64,000 nucleotides of DNA from Armatimonadota bacterium (lineage in GTDB: Bacteria > Armatimonadota > UBA5829 > DTLH01): contig JBDKSP010000071.1 in NCBI GenBank assembly GCA_039680575.1, positions 1-64,000 of the forward strand, in the 5' to 3' direction. The translations under genes and the position numbers were made by a program. The notes beneath the pieces are model-generated. The model was not told the origin of the DNA. It did not search any database and worked only from the letters and a program-made list of their open reading frames with translations. This document shows, piece after piece, positions 1 to 8,828 of this stretch; within the stretch, counting starts at the first letter, position 1; each line of letters starts with the position of its first letter.

Positions 1-107
1 AACGCTGCTGTTATAGCCGCGGTCAGCGTGGTCTTGCCGTGGTCCACGTGCCCGATTGTCCCGATGTTTACGTGCGGCTTCGTCCTCTCAAACCGCTGCT
101 TTGCCAT
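1..107 (-). CDS. tuf: Elongation factor Tu, N-terminal part (runs off the window edge)
   Basis: The reverse strand translates [33 protein letters not shown], with a GGGAGG RBS upstream. Confidence 0.98.
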   Translation of the reverse strand, partial: MAKQRFERTKPHVNIGTIGHVDHGKTTLTAAITAA

Positions 108-214
108 CTTATTCGTTGCCTCCCAAAATTACTGATAAGTCAATAACGGGCATCCGCCCCAACATGTGGTACATTCTTACTCCCCGCCCGATCGATAAAT
201 TCAGGAAGGGAACC

Positions 215-289
215 TGGAGCCCACGATGGGATTCGGACCCATGACCTCCTCTTTACCAAAGAGGTGCGCTACCCCTGCGCCACGTGGGC
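215..289 (-). tRNA. tRNA-Thr(GGT)
   Basis: Cloverleaf GCCCACG...CGTGGGC-T-CCA; anticodon arm CCTCT-TTGGTAA-AGAGG. The T-loop reads TCCGAAT. Confidence 0.95.
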
Positions 290-377
290 GTACTTCCGTG
301 CGGCCTGAAAATCATGCCAGACACACACTGGCTCCCGGGTCCGATCAAAAAAGGAGCCGGAAGCCACAACAAAAACC

Positions 378-406
378 ATTATATCAGGATTACTCAGCCC
401 TTGCAA
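378..406 (-). promoter_or_regulatory. sigma70-type promoter for tRNA-Thr(GGT)-tuf
   Basis: TTGCAA-17 nt-TATAAT on the minus strand. Confidence 0.7.
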
Positions 407-448
407 GTGAGCTTGGCAGATCCTTTTTTGGATCAAAATAAAAGGAGT

Positions 449-533
449 TGGTGGTGGGAGTAGGTTTCGAACCTACGTAGGCTTCGCCGGCAGATTTACA
501 GTCTGCTCCCTTTGACCACTCGGGCATCCCACC
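449..533 (-). tRNA. tRNA-Tyr(GTA)
   Basis: GGTGGGA...TCCCACC-A-CCA; anticodon arm GCAGA-CTGTAAA-TCTGC; long variable arm. Confidence 0.97.
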
Positions 534-539
534 ATATCA

Positions 540-598
540 GAGGCTAGTAGCTGGAGGCTGGAGGTTAGAATTTTCTGGCCTCCAACCCCTAACTTCCA
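540..598. repeat. Inverted degenerate heptamer repeat (GAGGCTG / CCTCCAA type) between tRNAs
   Basis: gaggctagtagctggaggctggaggttag ... cctccaacccctaacttcc. Confidence 0.5.
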
Positions 599-603
599 CA
601 TCC

Positions 604-679
604 TGGAGCCGACGATGGGACTCGAACCCGCAACCTGAGGTTTACAAAACCCCTGCTCTGCCAATTGAGCTACGTCGGC
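604..679 (-). tRNA. tRNA-Thr(TGT)
   Basis: GCCGACG...CGTCGGC-T-CCA; anticodon loop TTTGTAA; T-arm GGTTCGAGTCC. Confidence 0.97.
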
Positions 680-763
680 ACTTTCACGAAAAAATCCCCG
701 CTTTCGGGGATTCATCGCGCCGGCTCCAGCCATATAATTGGCGACTGGAACCTTGATACAATG

Positions 764-792
764 ATTATAATGGCAGATAGATGCTCTGTCAA
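764..792 (-). promoter_or_regulatory. Consensus sigma70 promoter of the tRNA cluster
   Basis: Perfect TTGACA-17 nt-TATAAT on the minus strand. Confidence 0.85.
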
Positions 793-846
793 TAGCCTTT
801 TTCGCGAAATATTGCAAGAATCCGCCCTGAAATTTGAGTTTAGCTG

Positions 847-1377
847 TTAATCATCTTTAGCTGGATCAAAACTCGGCAAGTTATGCCATCGTAAGGAGCC
901 AAGCCAGATCGTTATTATTACAACTCCTGAAAAAATGAAGCTGAGCGGTAAACAGCCAACAAGTTTCCATGGTTCCGGTATGGCACCAGTCATTACCATG
1001 ACGAAACAGAAAAGGACCTGAAGAATGATAGCGACAATAAAGCTGTCGATTCCACACCGAAATCCAAGATACTTTCTGCTTTTCCGGCCGTACAGAAATG
1101 CGCCGCCAAAAATAAGAAAAGTCGGGAGCATGAAAGCAAAACTAAGCTCTGGGATGGTGTGAAACTGAATATTAAATACAATGCTTTCGCCTGCTAATGC
1201 AAATTCCAACGCATTTGGGGCAAGCATGGCAATCAGCGCAGACACAACAAACTGCGAATCAATTCGAAATCTCTCAGCAGGCGGGGCGGGATTATCTTCC
1301 ACCAGGGGAGAATCACAGTCTGCACAGACCGTAATGCCGGGCTGATACTCTGAACCACACTTCGGACACCAGGGCAT
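847..1377 (-). CDS. Zinc-ribbon-containing membrane protein
   Basis: MPWCPKCG...CADC zinc ribbon followed by about 4 hydrophobic helices; AAGGAG RBS before ATG 1377. Confidence 0.75.
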   Translation of the reverse strand: MPWCPKCGSEYQPGITVCADCDSPLVEDNPAPPAERFRIDSQFVVSALIAMLAPNALEFALAGESIVFNIQFHTIPELSFAFMLPTFLIFGGAFLYGRKSRKYLGFRCGIDSFIVAIILQVLFCFVMVMTGAIPEPWKLVGCLPLSFIFSGVVIITIWLGSLRWHNLPSFDPAKDD

Positions 1378-1471
1378 GGTTATCTCCTTCTCTGGATCTG
1401 CTCCATTTGATTCCTGCGCGTATTTTACTCCGAAACCAGGCTTTTCTAACTCCAAAGAGATCGGGTGAAAA

Positions 1472-1620
1472 CTCGTGCTTCTCCCCGTGTGCCCACGGGG
1501 TAGGACGAACTGCGATCCCGAAGCATCAGGGTGAATGCACTAAACTTCCACCATTCGCGTCAATTCGCCAAATCCGCGTAATCCGTGTTTCAAACGCTGA
1601 TAGCTGATGGCTGACAGCTA
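1472..1620. repeat. Composite intergenic palindromic element, copy A
   Basis: GTGCTTC[TCCCCGTG..CACGGGGTA]GGACGAACTGCGATCCCGAAGCAT, then TTCGCG/ATCCGCG repeats and (GCTGAYA)n heptamers; homologous to 31624-31830 and 32806-33080. Confidence 0.75.
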
Positions 1621-1632
1621 AATTCTACCCGC

Positions 1633-2955
1633 CTACGCCTGCCCGGTCGACCTGGCCCTTGGCTTAGGCTTCGGCTCGGCCTCATGAGGAGGAACCGGTT
1701 CGTATCTGTCATACGATATATGCTCTTTTACCGGCTCAGCGCCGTTTCCACGCAGCACCCGGTATACTGAGACAGCAGTCACAACCTTGCCGTTAGCTCT
1801 ATGTATCTGTTTCGGAGCGCTTGTCAGTATCCGAACATCTCTCTTGCTCTCACCTGACCCGTATATCTCGACTGTGAGATGGCTTCCCCGGACCCTTGTA
1901 GCAATGTAGATCGGTGCGGATGTCGTATTCCTGAACTTAAGATCAAGAAGCCCGTAAGCTACTGTCGCATCCCTGCCCATCGGAACGTACGAGACCGGCA
2001 TCGAGTGGTTGCTCCTCTCGATGATCTTGAGATTTGCAAGAAGCGCAGCGTTATACACCGTGCTGGAAACCTGGCATATGCCGCCGCCGGTACCAGGGAT
2101 TATTTTCCCTTTGACGTAGATCAGAGCGTCCCTGAACCCGTTTTCCTTGACCCTGGGCCCGACAATATCGTTATAGGAGAATATGCCGCCCCGCTTTACG
2201 AGCTTGCCGTTGATCGACGCAGCAGCCAGCTTTACGTTGTGAGTCCTGTCCGTGCGCCATGCGGCAAACCTGGTGGTGTAGCGGGAAAGAAGTGTATCGA
2301 CCTGTGTCAGATCAGCCGCAGTCACCTCCGGCTTGTCTACGACTACCGGCAGAATAACTCTGGATTCATTGCGGTCGACAGTCGTTTTAATCAGCTCGGT
2401 TGCATTTACCGGGTCCACCGTCGTTCCCGTCGCTTCAGGCGTGATAGACCTGTACCCGTCCTCAAACGACAGATTTGCATCCTTAGCCGGTACCGCGACA
2501 GCCGAGTTTATCTTATCTACGAGTTCACGGAGCTTATCGTTATGATAGCGGTAGCGGACGCCGAGATCAGCCGTTCCTCTCAGGATTCCGAGCCCCTCGA
2601 CCAGTCTCACCGGCAGGTTCCCCCGCCGGCCGATGGAATAAGCCTCCGCCGCCATTTTTTTGGTATCGACCGTTACGCCGATATCTCCAAGGACGCCCGT
2701 CCACCTGCGTTCCGCCGCAGTAATCTCAAGGCTGGTTGCGAGCCGTTTCTTAGCCCATCCTCTAAGCTGATTAGCGGCTTCGTCCTGCTTCAGTCCTCCA
2801 ACGTTCACCCCGACAACCTTGACCCCCGGAGCTATACGCCCCGACACGAGGAAGCTGAATTTTATCCCTAATACAAGAGCCAGCGCAAGCCCTGCTGCAA
2901 CCGTTATTCCTATGCGAAATGATTTCCTCGCCGACATCTTTACCTCATCCGACAT
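1633..2955 (-). CDS. VanW family protein with peptidoglycan-binding (PG_binding_4-like) region
   Basis: N-terminal TM anchor; motifs GGGICQVSSTVYNAAL, ERSNHS, GRDATV, DLKFRN. Confidence 0.9.
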   Translation of the reverse strand: MSDEVKMSARKSFRIGITVAAGLALALVLGIKFSFLVSGRIAPGVKVVGVNVGGLKQDEAANQLRGWAKKRLATSLEITAAERRWTGVLGDIGVTVDTKKMAAEAYSIGRRGNLPVRLVEGLGILRGTADLGVRYRYHNDKLRELVDKINSAVAVPAKDANLSFEDGYRSITPEATGTTVDPVNATELIKTTVDRNESRVILPVVVDKPEVTAADLTQVDTLLSRYTTRFAAWRTDRTHNVKLAAASINGKLVKRGGIFSYNDIVGPRVKENGFRDALIYVKGKIIPGTGGGICQVSSTVYNAALLANLKIIERSNHSMPVSYVPMGRDATVAYGLLDLKFRNTTSAPIYIATRVRGSHLTVEIYGSGESKRDVRILTSAPKQIHRANGKVVTAVSVYRVLRGNGAEPVKEHISYDRYEPVPPHEAEPKPKPRARSTGQA

Positions 2956-3248
2956 CTGCCGTCTACAGAGTTTTGGCAGTTGATGTAACGAGTAATAACT
3001 AATCGTTTCAGCCGAAACTCTTTATATCATTTTACTGCTATCAGGGGAGAAAAGTTTACATATATTCGAATGTTTTCTTAAAAAGCTGTCAGCTATCGGT
3101 TTTTTGGAGATGCGGAGGCTAGGATTTACAGAGTTTCGGGCGTAAGCGTAAAACCAACAGATGCAGCATTATAATTGGCTGGCTATGCGTCCGTAGGATT
3201 GTTACATCATTACCCGATGACTGAGAGCTGATGGCTATATAAAAGATA

Positions 3249-3408
3249 TCGTGATAATTCACACAAATGATTGTCTCGGTCGTTGACTAAATATTCACCA
3301 GAGGTTATACTACCCCTGACAAACGTATATAATAAATCGTTAAAAAATGCACAATTAGCTCGAAAAATCGCGTTATTGAGCTATCAGTGCTTGTGAAGTA
3401 TATCGCAA
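3249..3408 (+). promoter_or_regulatory. Hydrogenase operon promoter with three Rex-like operators
   Basis: TTGACT-17-TATACT (3283-3311). 18-bp boxes TCGTGATAATTCACACAA (3249), TCGTTAAAAAATGCACAA (3337) and TTGTGAAGTATATCGCAA (3391) resemble Rex TTGTGAA-N4-TTCACAA. Confidence 0.7.
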
Positions 3409-3471
3409 GCCTATCCACAGCTTGATAACTCGAATTATCGCCATAATAAACCCATTACAATCAGGAGAGGA

Positions 3472-3843
3472 ATGTCGAGTATGAAATCACTTGAGGATCT
3501 CCGTAAGATCAGGGAACAGGCGCTCGAGAACATGAAGGTCCGCGAAAGCGGTTCCAAGTGCAAAGTCGTTGTCGCCATGGGTACCTGCGGGATCGCCGCC
3601 GGCGCGCGAGAAGTTATGGCCGCCATTTTGGATGAACTCGAAAAAAGAGGCCTGACCGATATCGCTGTCACTCAAACAGGATGCAAAGGTCTCTGCGAGC
3701 AGGAACCGATGCTGGATGTCTGCAAACCAGGCCAGCCGGTCATCACCTACGGCTATGTCACCCCCGAGAAAGCCCGGACTATCGTCGCCCAGCACCTCGT
3801 CAATGACAGCATCGTCGGCGACTGGGTCGTGACTACAAGGTAA
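3472..3843 (+). CDS. Thioredoxin-like (2Fe-2S) ferredoxin subunit of the multimeric hydrogenase (HndB/HydD-like)
   Basis: AMGTCGIAAGAR...TGCKGLCEQEP motif; first gene of the operon. Confidence 0.9.
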   Translation: MSSMKSLEDLRKIREQALENMKVRESGSKCKVVVAMGTCGIAAGAREVMAAILDELEKRGLTDIAVTQTGCKGLCEQEPMLDVCKPGQPVITYGYVTPEKARTIVAQHLVNDSIVGDWVVTTR

Positions 3844-3858
3844 TAGGAGGATCCAAGC

Positions 3859-4359
3859 TTGGAAAAGAAAGAATGCTCCTGTTGTAAGTCCTCGGAGGGG
3901 GAAGGCGGCTACACCGCCATAATCCGCGCCTTCGAGAAGAAGCGGGGGAATGTCATCCCTGCCCTACACGCGGTCCAGGCGAAGATGGGACACCTTCCTG
4001 AGAGTGCCATGCAGGAAATCGCCGATTGGCTCGATGTCCCCATCGCCGATGTCTACGGTACCGCCACTTTCTACACGCTTTTCTCCACCGAGCCCAAAGG
4101 CCGGTATGTTGTCAGAATCTGCGACTCCCCGCCCTGCCACATAGAGGGATCGAATGCCATCAGAGCAGCCATCACCAAGGAACTCGGCATCGGACCCGGT
4201 GAGACCACCGAAGACGGCCAGTTTTCTTTCGAGACTGTAAGCTGCTTCGGCCTGTGCGGAGTCGCCCCGGCTATAATGGTCAATGAGGACGTCTACGGCA
4301 ACCTTACGCCGCAGATGATCGGTGAAATCTTCCTCAAATACAGGAAAAAGGAGTCATAA
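3859..4359 (+). CDS. NuoE-like [2Fe-2S] hydrogenase subunit (HndA/HydC-like)
   Basis: TTG start after AGGAGG; ATFYTLF, C-x4-C (CDSPPC) and CFGLC motifs. Confidence 0.92.
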   Translation: MEKKECSCCKSSEGEGGYTAIIRAFEKKRGNVIPALHAVQAKMGHLPESAMQEIADWLDVPIADVYGTATFYTLFSTEPKGRYVVRICDSPPCHIEGSNAIRAAITKELGIGPGETTEDGQFSFETVSCFGLCGVAPAIMVNEDVYGNLTPQMIGEIFLKYRKKES

Positions 4360-5979
4360 ATGCCGTTCTACAGAGCTCATGTACTGGTCTGCAACGGGAC
4401 TCCGTGCATCCTAAAGGGAAGCCGCGCAATCCAGGCCGCCCTGGTCGAAGAGATCAAGAAAAAAGGGCTGGAAAACGAGATAAAAGTAGTCGAGACCGGC
4501 TGCCTCGGTATCTCGGAGTACGGGCCTGTGATAGTTGTCTACCCTGAGGGGACGACTTACTGCGGAGTTACCGTCAACGACGTTCCTGATATCGTCGAAG
4601 AACATTTACTAAAGGGACGAGTCCTTCAGAGGCTCGTCTATAACGCAAAACCCGCCGGAATCACCACCGCTCCCGCGTCCGCCAGGCAGAAAGAGCACAG
4701 GATCGTACTGAAAAACGTCGGTACGATAGACCCGACTTCCATAGAAGAATACATCGCGGTCGGCGGCTATGAGGCGCTTGGGAAGGCGCTCACTGAGATG
4801 CGGCCGGTGGATGTAGTAGAAACCGTTAAAAAATCCGGCTTGAGAGGCCGGGGCGGAGCGGCATTCCCGACAGGACTCAAATGGGAGCTTACCGCCAACG
4901 AATGCGGCGATGGAAAGGCTATCGTTTGTAACGCCGACGAAGGCGAGCCGGGCAATTTCAAAGACAGGCTTATTCTTGAAGGCGATCCGCACTCGATCAT
5001 AGAAGCTATGATAATCGGCGGTTACGCAGTCGGCGCGAACAAGGGCTATGTCTACATCCGCGGCGAATACCAACAGTCCGTAAGCCACCTCGAGCTTGCC
5101 ATCGCACAGGCTCGGGAGCTGGAACTGCTTGGAGAAAATATCCTGGGAAGCGGATTCTCTTTCGACATAGATGTGTTCAAAGGCGCGGGCGCTTACATCT
5201 GCGGTGAGGAGACAGCTCTTCTGGAATCGCTCGAAGGGACCCGCGGCGAATCAAGGATGAAGCCGCCATATCCTCCGACATCCGGGCTTAACGGCAAGCC
5301 GACTGTCATAAACAACGTCGAGACACTCGCCAACATCCCTCAGATTATCTCGAACGGCCCGGAGTGGTTCGTATCCATCGGGACCGAAAAGAGCGCGGGA
5401 ACGAAGATATTCTCGCCCTGCGGCGATGTGCTCATGCCGGGAGTCTATGAAGTGCCGTTCGGGACGACGATGCGCGAAGTCATCTATGAGATGGCGGGCG
5501 GAATCAAGTCCGGGAAGGATTTGAAGGCTGTTTTGATCGGCGGTCCGTCCGGTGTATGTGTCAGCAAAGCAGACCTGGACCGACAGTTTGCGTTCGAAGA
5601 CCTTCCGCCCGGAGCCGGCGCGCTCATAGTGATGGACGACGCCAAGTGCATGGTCGATATGATGCAGAACTGCGCTCAGTTCTTCCTGCACGAGTCATGC
5701 GGCCAGTGCGTGCCATGCCGCGAAGGGACTAAGCGTCTTCACGAGATGTTCACCTGGTGGCAGGCCGGAGCGGGAAGCCCCGGAGACATCGAGCTTGCCA
5801 AAGAACTTGGAGAAGTCATGTCGGTAGCGGCCAAGTGCGGCCTCGGCCAGTTTGCGGCCACGGCGTTTCGCACCAGCCTGCCGCTCTTCGAAGAGGAGTA
5901 TCGAGCGCATGTCGTCGACAAAGTATGCCCAAACGGCGTGTGCGAGATGGATAACGGTCACGGAAGCGAGGTGGTGTGA
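4360..5979 (+). CDS. NuoF-like NAD(P)H/FMN-binding hydrogenase subunit (HndC/HydB-like)
   Basis: GLRGRGGAAFPTGLKW, CNADEGEPG, GAGAYICGEETAL, ESCGQCVPCREG. Confidence 0.95.
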   Translation: MPFYRAHVLVCNGTPCILKGSRAIQAALVEEIKKKGLENEIKVVETGCLGISEYGPVIVVYPEGTTYCGVTVNDVPDIVEEHLLKGRVLQRLVYNAKPAGITTAPASARQKEHRIVLKNVGTIDPTSIEEYIAVGGYEALGKALTEMRPVDVVETVKKSGLRGRGGAAFPTGLKWELTANECGDGKAIVCNADEGEPGNFKDRLILEGDPHSIIEAMIIGGYAVGANKGYVYIRGEYQQSVSHLELAIAQARELELLGENILGSGFSFDIDVFKGAGAYICGEETALLESLEGTRGESRMKPPYPPTSGLNGKPTVINNVETLANIPQIISNGPEWFVSIGTEKSAGTKIFSPCGDVLMPGVYEVPFGTTMREVIYEMAGGIKSGKDLKAVLIGGPSGVCVSKADLDRQFAFEDLPPGAGALIVMDDAKCMVDMMQNCAQFFLHESCGQCVPCREGTKRLHEMFTWWQAGAGSPGDIELAKELGEVMSVAAKCGLGQFAATAFRTSLPLFEEEYRAHVVDKVCPNGVCEMDNGHGSEVV

Positions 5980-5981
5980 CG

Positions 5982-7754
5982 ATGGCTAAGATCACACTTA
6001 CGATAAACGGACTCCCCGTAGTTGCCGAAGAGGGGATGACAATCCTCCAGGCGGCTCAAGGCGCGGGGATTTATATCCCGACACTTTGCCACCATCCCGA
6101 CCTCCGCACGGAGGGAGTCTGCCGCATCTGCGTAGTGGATATAAAGGGGCAAAAGCTGCTCCAACCGGCGTGCGCCTTCCCTGTCTCGGACGGGATGAGC
6201 GTCATGACCCACTCTCCGAGGGTACGGCAGGCAAGGAAGATGATAATCGAGCTTTTGCTTGCCAACCACCCGCAGGACTGCCTGACCTGCTCCAAAAACC
6301 AGAAATGCGAGCTGCAGAAGCTGTCGAAAGAGTACGGTATAGAGGATGTCCCGTTCCGCGGCGAGCGAAAGGTCTACGATGAGGACGATTCCAGCGCATC
6401 CGTCATCCGCGACCCCGAAAAATGCATCATGTGCAAGAGGTGCATCCGGGTCTGTCACGAAATCCAGAGCGTGGGGACACTTTCGGCAAGCGGCAGGGGA
6501 TGGGATATGACAATCGGCCCTGCGCTCGGCAAGACTATGGTCGAAGCCGTCTGCGTAAACTGCGGCCAATGCATCAACAGGTGTCCCACCGGGGCGCTCC
6601 GCGAAAAAAGCTCGGTCCAGCAGGTCTGGGCAGCGCTTCATGACCCGGCAAAGCACGTTGTCGTCCAGACGGCTCCTGCCGTCCGCGCGGCGATAGGCGA
6701 AGAGTTCGGAATGGAGCCCGGTCATCGAGTCACAGGCAAGATGGTCACAGCGCTTCGGGCGATGGGGTTCGACAAGGTGTTCGACACCGACTTCACGGCG
6801 GACCTCACTATCATGGAAGAAGGTTACGAGCTTATCCACCGGATAAAGAACAGCGGGGTGCTGCCCCAGCTCACATCCTGCTCGCCGGGATGGATCAAGT
6901 TCATCGAGCACTTCTACCCCGAGCTTTTACCGCATGTATCGAGCTGCAAGAGCCCGCAGCAGATGTTCGGCGCTCTCGCCAAGACATACTATGCCGAAAA
7001 AGCCGGAATCGACCCGAAGGACATCGTATCCGTATCTATTATGCCTTGCGCGGCGAAGAAATACGAGTGCGACAGGCCGGAGATGGCCGACAGCGGCTAT
7101 AAGGATGTAGATTACGTTCTGACGACCCGCGAGGCGGCTGCTATGATGAAGGAAGCAGGGATCGAACTGCCGAACCTGCCGGACGGCCAGTATGATGACC
7201 CATTAGGAGAGTCGACCGGCGCTGCGGTCATCTTCGGGAACACCGGAGGAGTCATGGAAGCCGCCATTCGGACTGCTTATGCAGTGCTTACGGGGTCAGA
7301 ACTCGATAATGTGAACATCACGGCTGTCCGAGGCATGGATGGAGTGCGCTCGGCGGAGATTCCGGTAGCCGGAATTGCACTCAAAGCGGCAGTCGCCCAC
7401 GGACTGGGTAACGCTAGAGAGGTTCTCGAAGGGATAAAGTCGGGCAAGTTTGCCGATTACCACTTCATAGAGATAATGTGCTGCCCCGGTGGGTGCATTG
7501 GCGGCGGAGGCCAGCCCATCCCGACGAATGAGGAGATCAGGAAGAAGCGGGCTCAGGCGATCTATGAAGAGGACGAGGCAATGACCGTCCGAAGATCACA
7601 CGAAAACCCGTCCGTCCAGAAACTGTACAAGGAATTCCTGGGCGAACCGCTCTCCCACAAGTCCCACGAGCTGTTGCATACCCACTACACGGCCCGTGGA
7701 ATGAAACCCGACCCCAAACCGGAAGAAAAACCGGTTAAGGTGAAGATAGATTAA
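5982..7754 (+). CDS. hydA: [FeFe]-hydrogenase catalytic subunit, group A
   Basis: H-cluster motifs TSCSPGW, MPCAAKKYE, EIMCCPGGCIGGGGQP; N-terminal 2Fe-2S, His-ligated 4Fe-4S and 2x4Fe-4S motifs. Confidence 0.96.
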   Translation: MAKITLTINGLPVVAEEGMTILQAAQGAGIYIPTLCHHPDLRTEGVCRICVVDIKGQKLLQPACAFPVSDGMSVMTHSPRVRQARKMIIELLLANHPQDCLTCSKNQKCELQKLSKEYGIEDVPFRGERKVYDEDDSSASVIRDPEKCIMCKRCIRVCHEIQSVGTLSASGRGWDMTIGPALGKTMVEAVCVNCGQCINRCPTGALREKSSVQQVWAALHDPAKHVVVQTAPAVRAAIGEEFGMEPGHRVTGKMVTALRAMGFDKVFDTDFTADLTIMEEGYELIHRIKNSGVLPQLTSCSPGWIKFIEHFYPELLPHVSSCKSPQQMFGALAKTYYAEKAGIDPKDIVSVSIMPCAAKKYECDRPEMADSGYKDVDYVLTTREAAAMMKEAGIELPNLPDGQYDDPLGESTGAAVIFGNTGGVMEAAIRTAYAVLTGSELDNVNITAVRGMDGVRSAEIPVAGIALKAAVAHGLGNAREVLEGIKSGKFADYHFIEIMCCPGGCIGGGGQPIPTNEEIRKKRAQAIYEEDEAMTVRRSHENPSVQKLYKEFLGEPLSHKSHELLHTHYTARGMKPDPKPEEKPVKVKID

Positions 7755-7759
7755 ATATT

Positions 7760-7790
7760 AGGGGCGGCCAGCTTAAGCTGGCCGCCTTTT
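7760..7790 (+). terminator. Intrinsic terminator after hydA
   Basis: GGCGGCCAGC-TTAA-GCTGGCCGCC-TTTT. Confidence 0.85.
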
Positions 7791-7870
7791 CTTATCTTTA
7801 ATCCGCAACTAATCTTAGTCTGAAGTTCAACAACCTCCGCACCTGACAAAAAATTATTACATATTGCATA

Positions 7871-7899
7871 TTGACAACACCAAGATTGTCGGCTATATT
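7871..7899 (+). promoter_or_regulatory. sigma70-type promoter of PEP-CTERM gene 1 (paralogous -35 at 9007 for gene 2)
   Basis: TTGACA-17-TATATT; the TTGACAAC...AAGATTG context is repeated at 9007. Confidence 0.6.
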
Positions 7900-8042
7900 G
7901 GGATTATCTATTATGGATCAGGTAGATGGGAAATCGAGATTCACTTCCCACTATGGTCTTACAACAAGAGAAGAGCAGGTCTCTAGCATAAGCAGAAGAC
8001 CTGCCAAAACCACATAATACTTTTAGGTAAAGGAGAAAATGC

Positions 8043-8768
8043 ATGAAAATCACAAAAGTATTACTAATCGTAGCAGTGCTTGTTATGGCACTTGCAACCT
8101 CCGCAATGGCGAGTGAAACTAAATGGTCTTTCGCCATGGACATCACTAGTTCAAACTACAACAATTACCAACTGGGTACAGACGAAGCCGGTCAGGTAAA
8201 CGGCACAAATCAATCCTCAAGCTACATTACGAATACGGCAGGTTATTGTCTTGGTTACTCTGGAGCAACGAGGTTTGACACTAACTCAGAGTTACTAGCT
8301 ATAACTGCTGGCGAGTCCGGGACATGGTCCGCGTATGCTTGGGTTGGTAACGGTTTTGTTGGAAATACGGCTACGATAAGTTGGAAGAGCCCTACCGGTC
8401 TTCCCGCTACCATCAGCAATATGCCTTATACGCTCAAGGTTAAAATCCTTAGCGATCCGACAAACACTTATGCCGCTGGTACAGAGTGGATTATCCCTTC
8501 CAACTTGGGTGCAACCTACGTTATCGGCGCAACATTTGGTAATGCGAATGACGCCACCAAGTTGGATGCGATAAGATATACCCAGCAGGCAAATGTAGTG
8601 CCGGGTAAATCATCAGCATTTGACCTTAGCACTCTTAACAATGGTAAGGCGGTCAAGATGGAAGTTACAATGGCTCCTACGCCTTCAGTCCCTGAGCCGG
8701 GCAGCATGCTTGCACTCGCAACAGGACTTGTTGGTCTGGCAGGCGGACTTCTTAGAAAAAGAAGTTAA
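8043..8768 (+). CDS. PEP-CTERM sorting-domain surface protein 1
   Basis: Signal peptide; C-terminal VPEPGSMLALATGLVGLAGGLLRKRS. Confidence 0.93.
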   Translation: MKITKVLLIVAVLVMALATSAMASETKWSFAMDITSSNYNNYQLGTDEAGQVNGTNQSSSYITNTAGYCLGYSGATRFDTNSELLAITAGESGTWSAYAWVGNGFVGNTATISWKSPTGLPATISNMPYTLKVKILSDPTNTYAAGTEWIIPSNLGATYVIGATFGNANDATKLDAIRYTQQANVVPGKSSAFDLSTLNNGKAVKMEVTMAPTPSVPEPGSMLALATGLVGLAGGLLRKRS

Positions 8769-8794
8769 TCCTTATAGTTCTTGTTGAAATTACG

Positions 8795-8828
8795 CCCGCA
8801 GTATTCCAAAATGCTGCGGGTTTTTTTA
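8795..8828 (+). terminator. Intrinsic terminator
   Basis: CCCGCAGTATT-CCAA-AATGCTGCGGG-TTTTTTT. Confidence 0.85.

Noticed and set aside
685..757. Canonical T-box riboswitch
   Set aside because: The leader is too short for Stem I and no specifier loop is evident.
1879..2871. 330-aa plus-strand ORF, and similar long antisense ORFs (5958-6911, 34571-35650, 52372-53103, 59283-60062)
   Set aside because: They are shadow frames opposite well-supported genes, with no recognisable motifs.
3411..3419. DnaA-box-like CTATCCACA
   Set aside because: Single mismatched box with no cluster or oriC context.
7964..8014. c-di-GMP-I/II riboswitch upstream of the PEP-CTERM genes
   Set aside because: No GGCAAAC/GAAA-tetraloop/receptor pattern or kink-turn consensus is recognisable.
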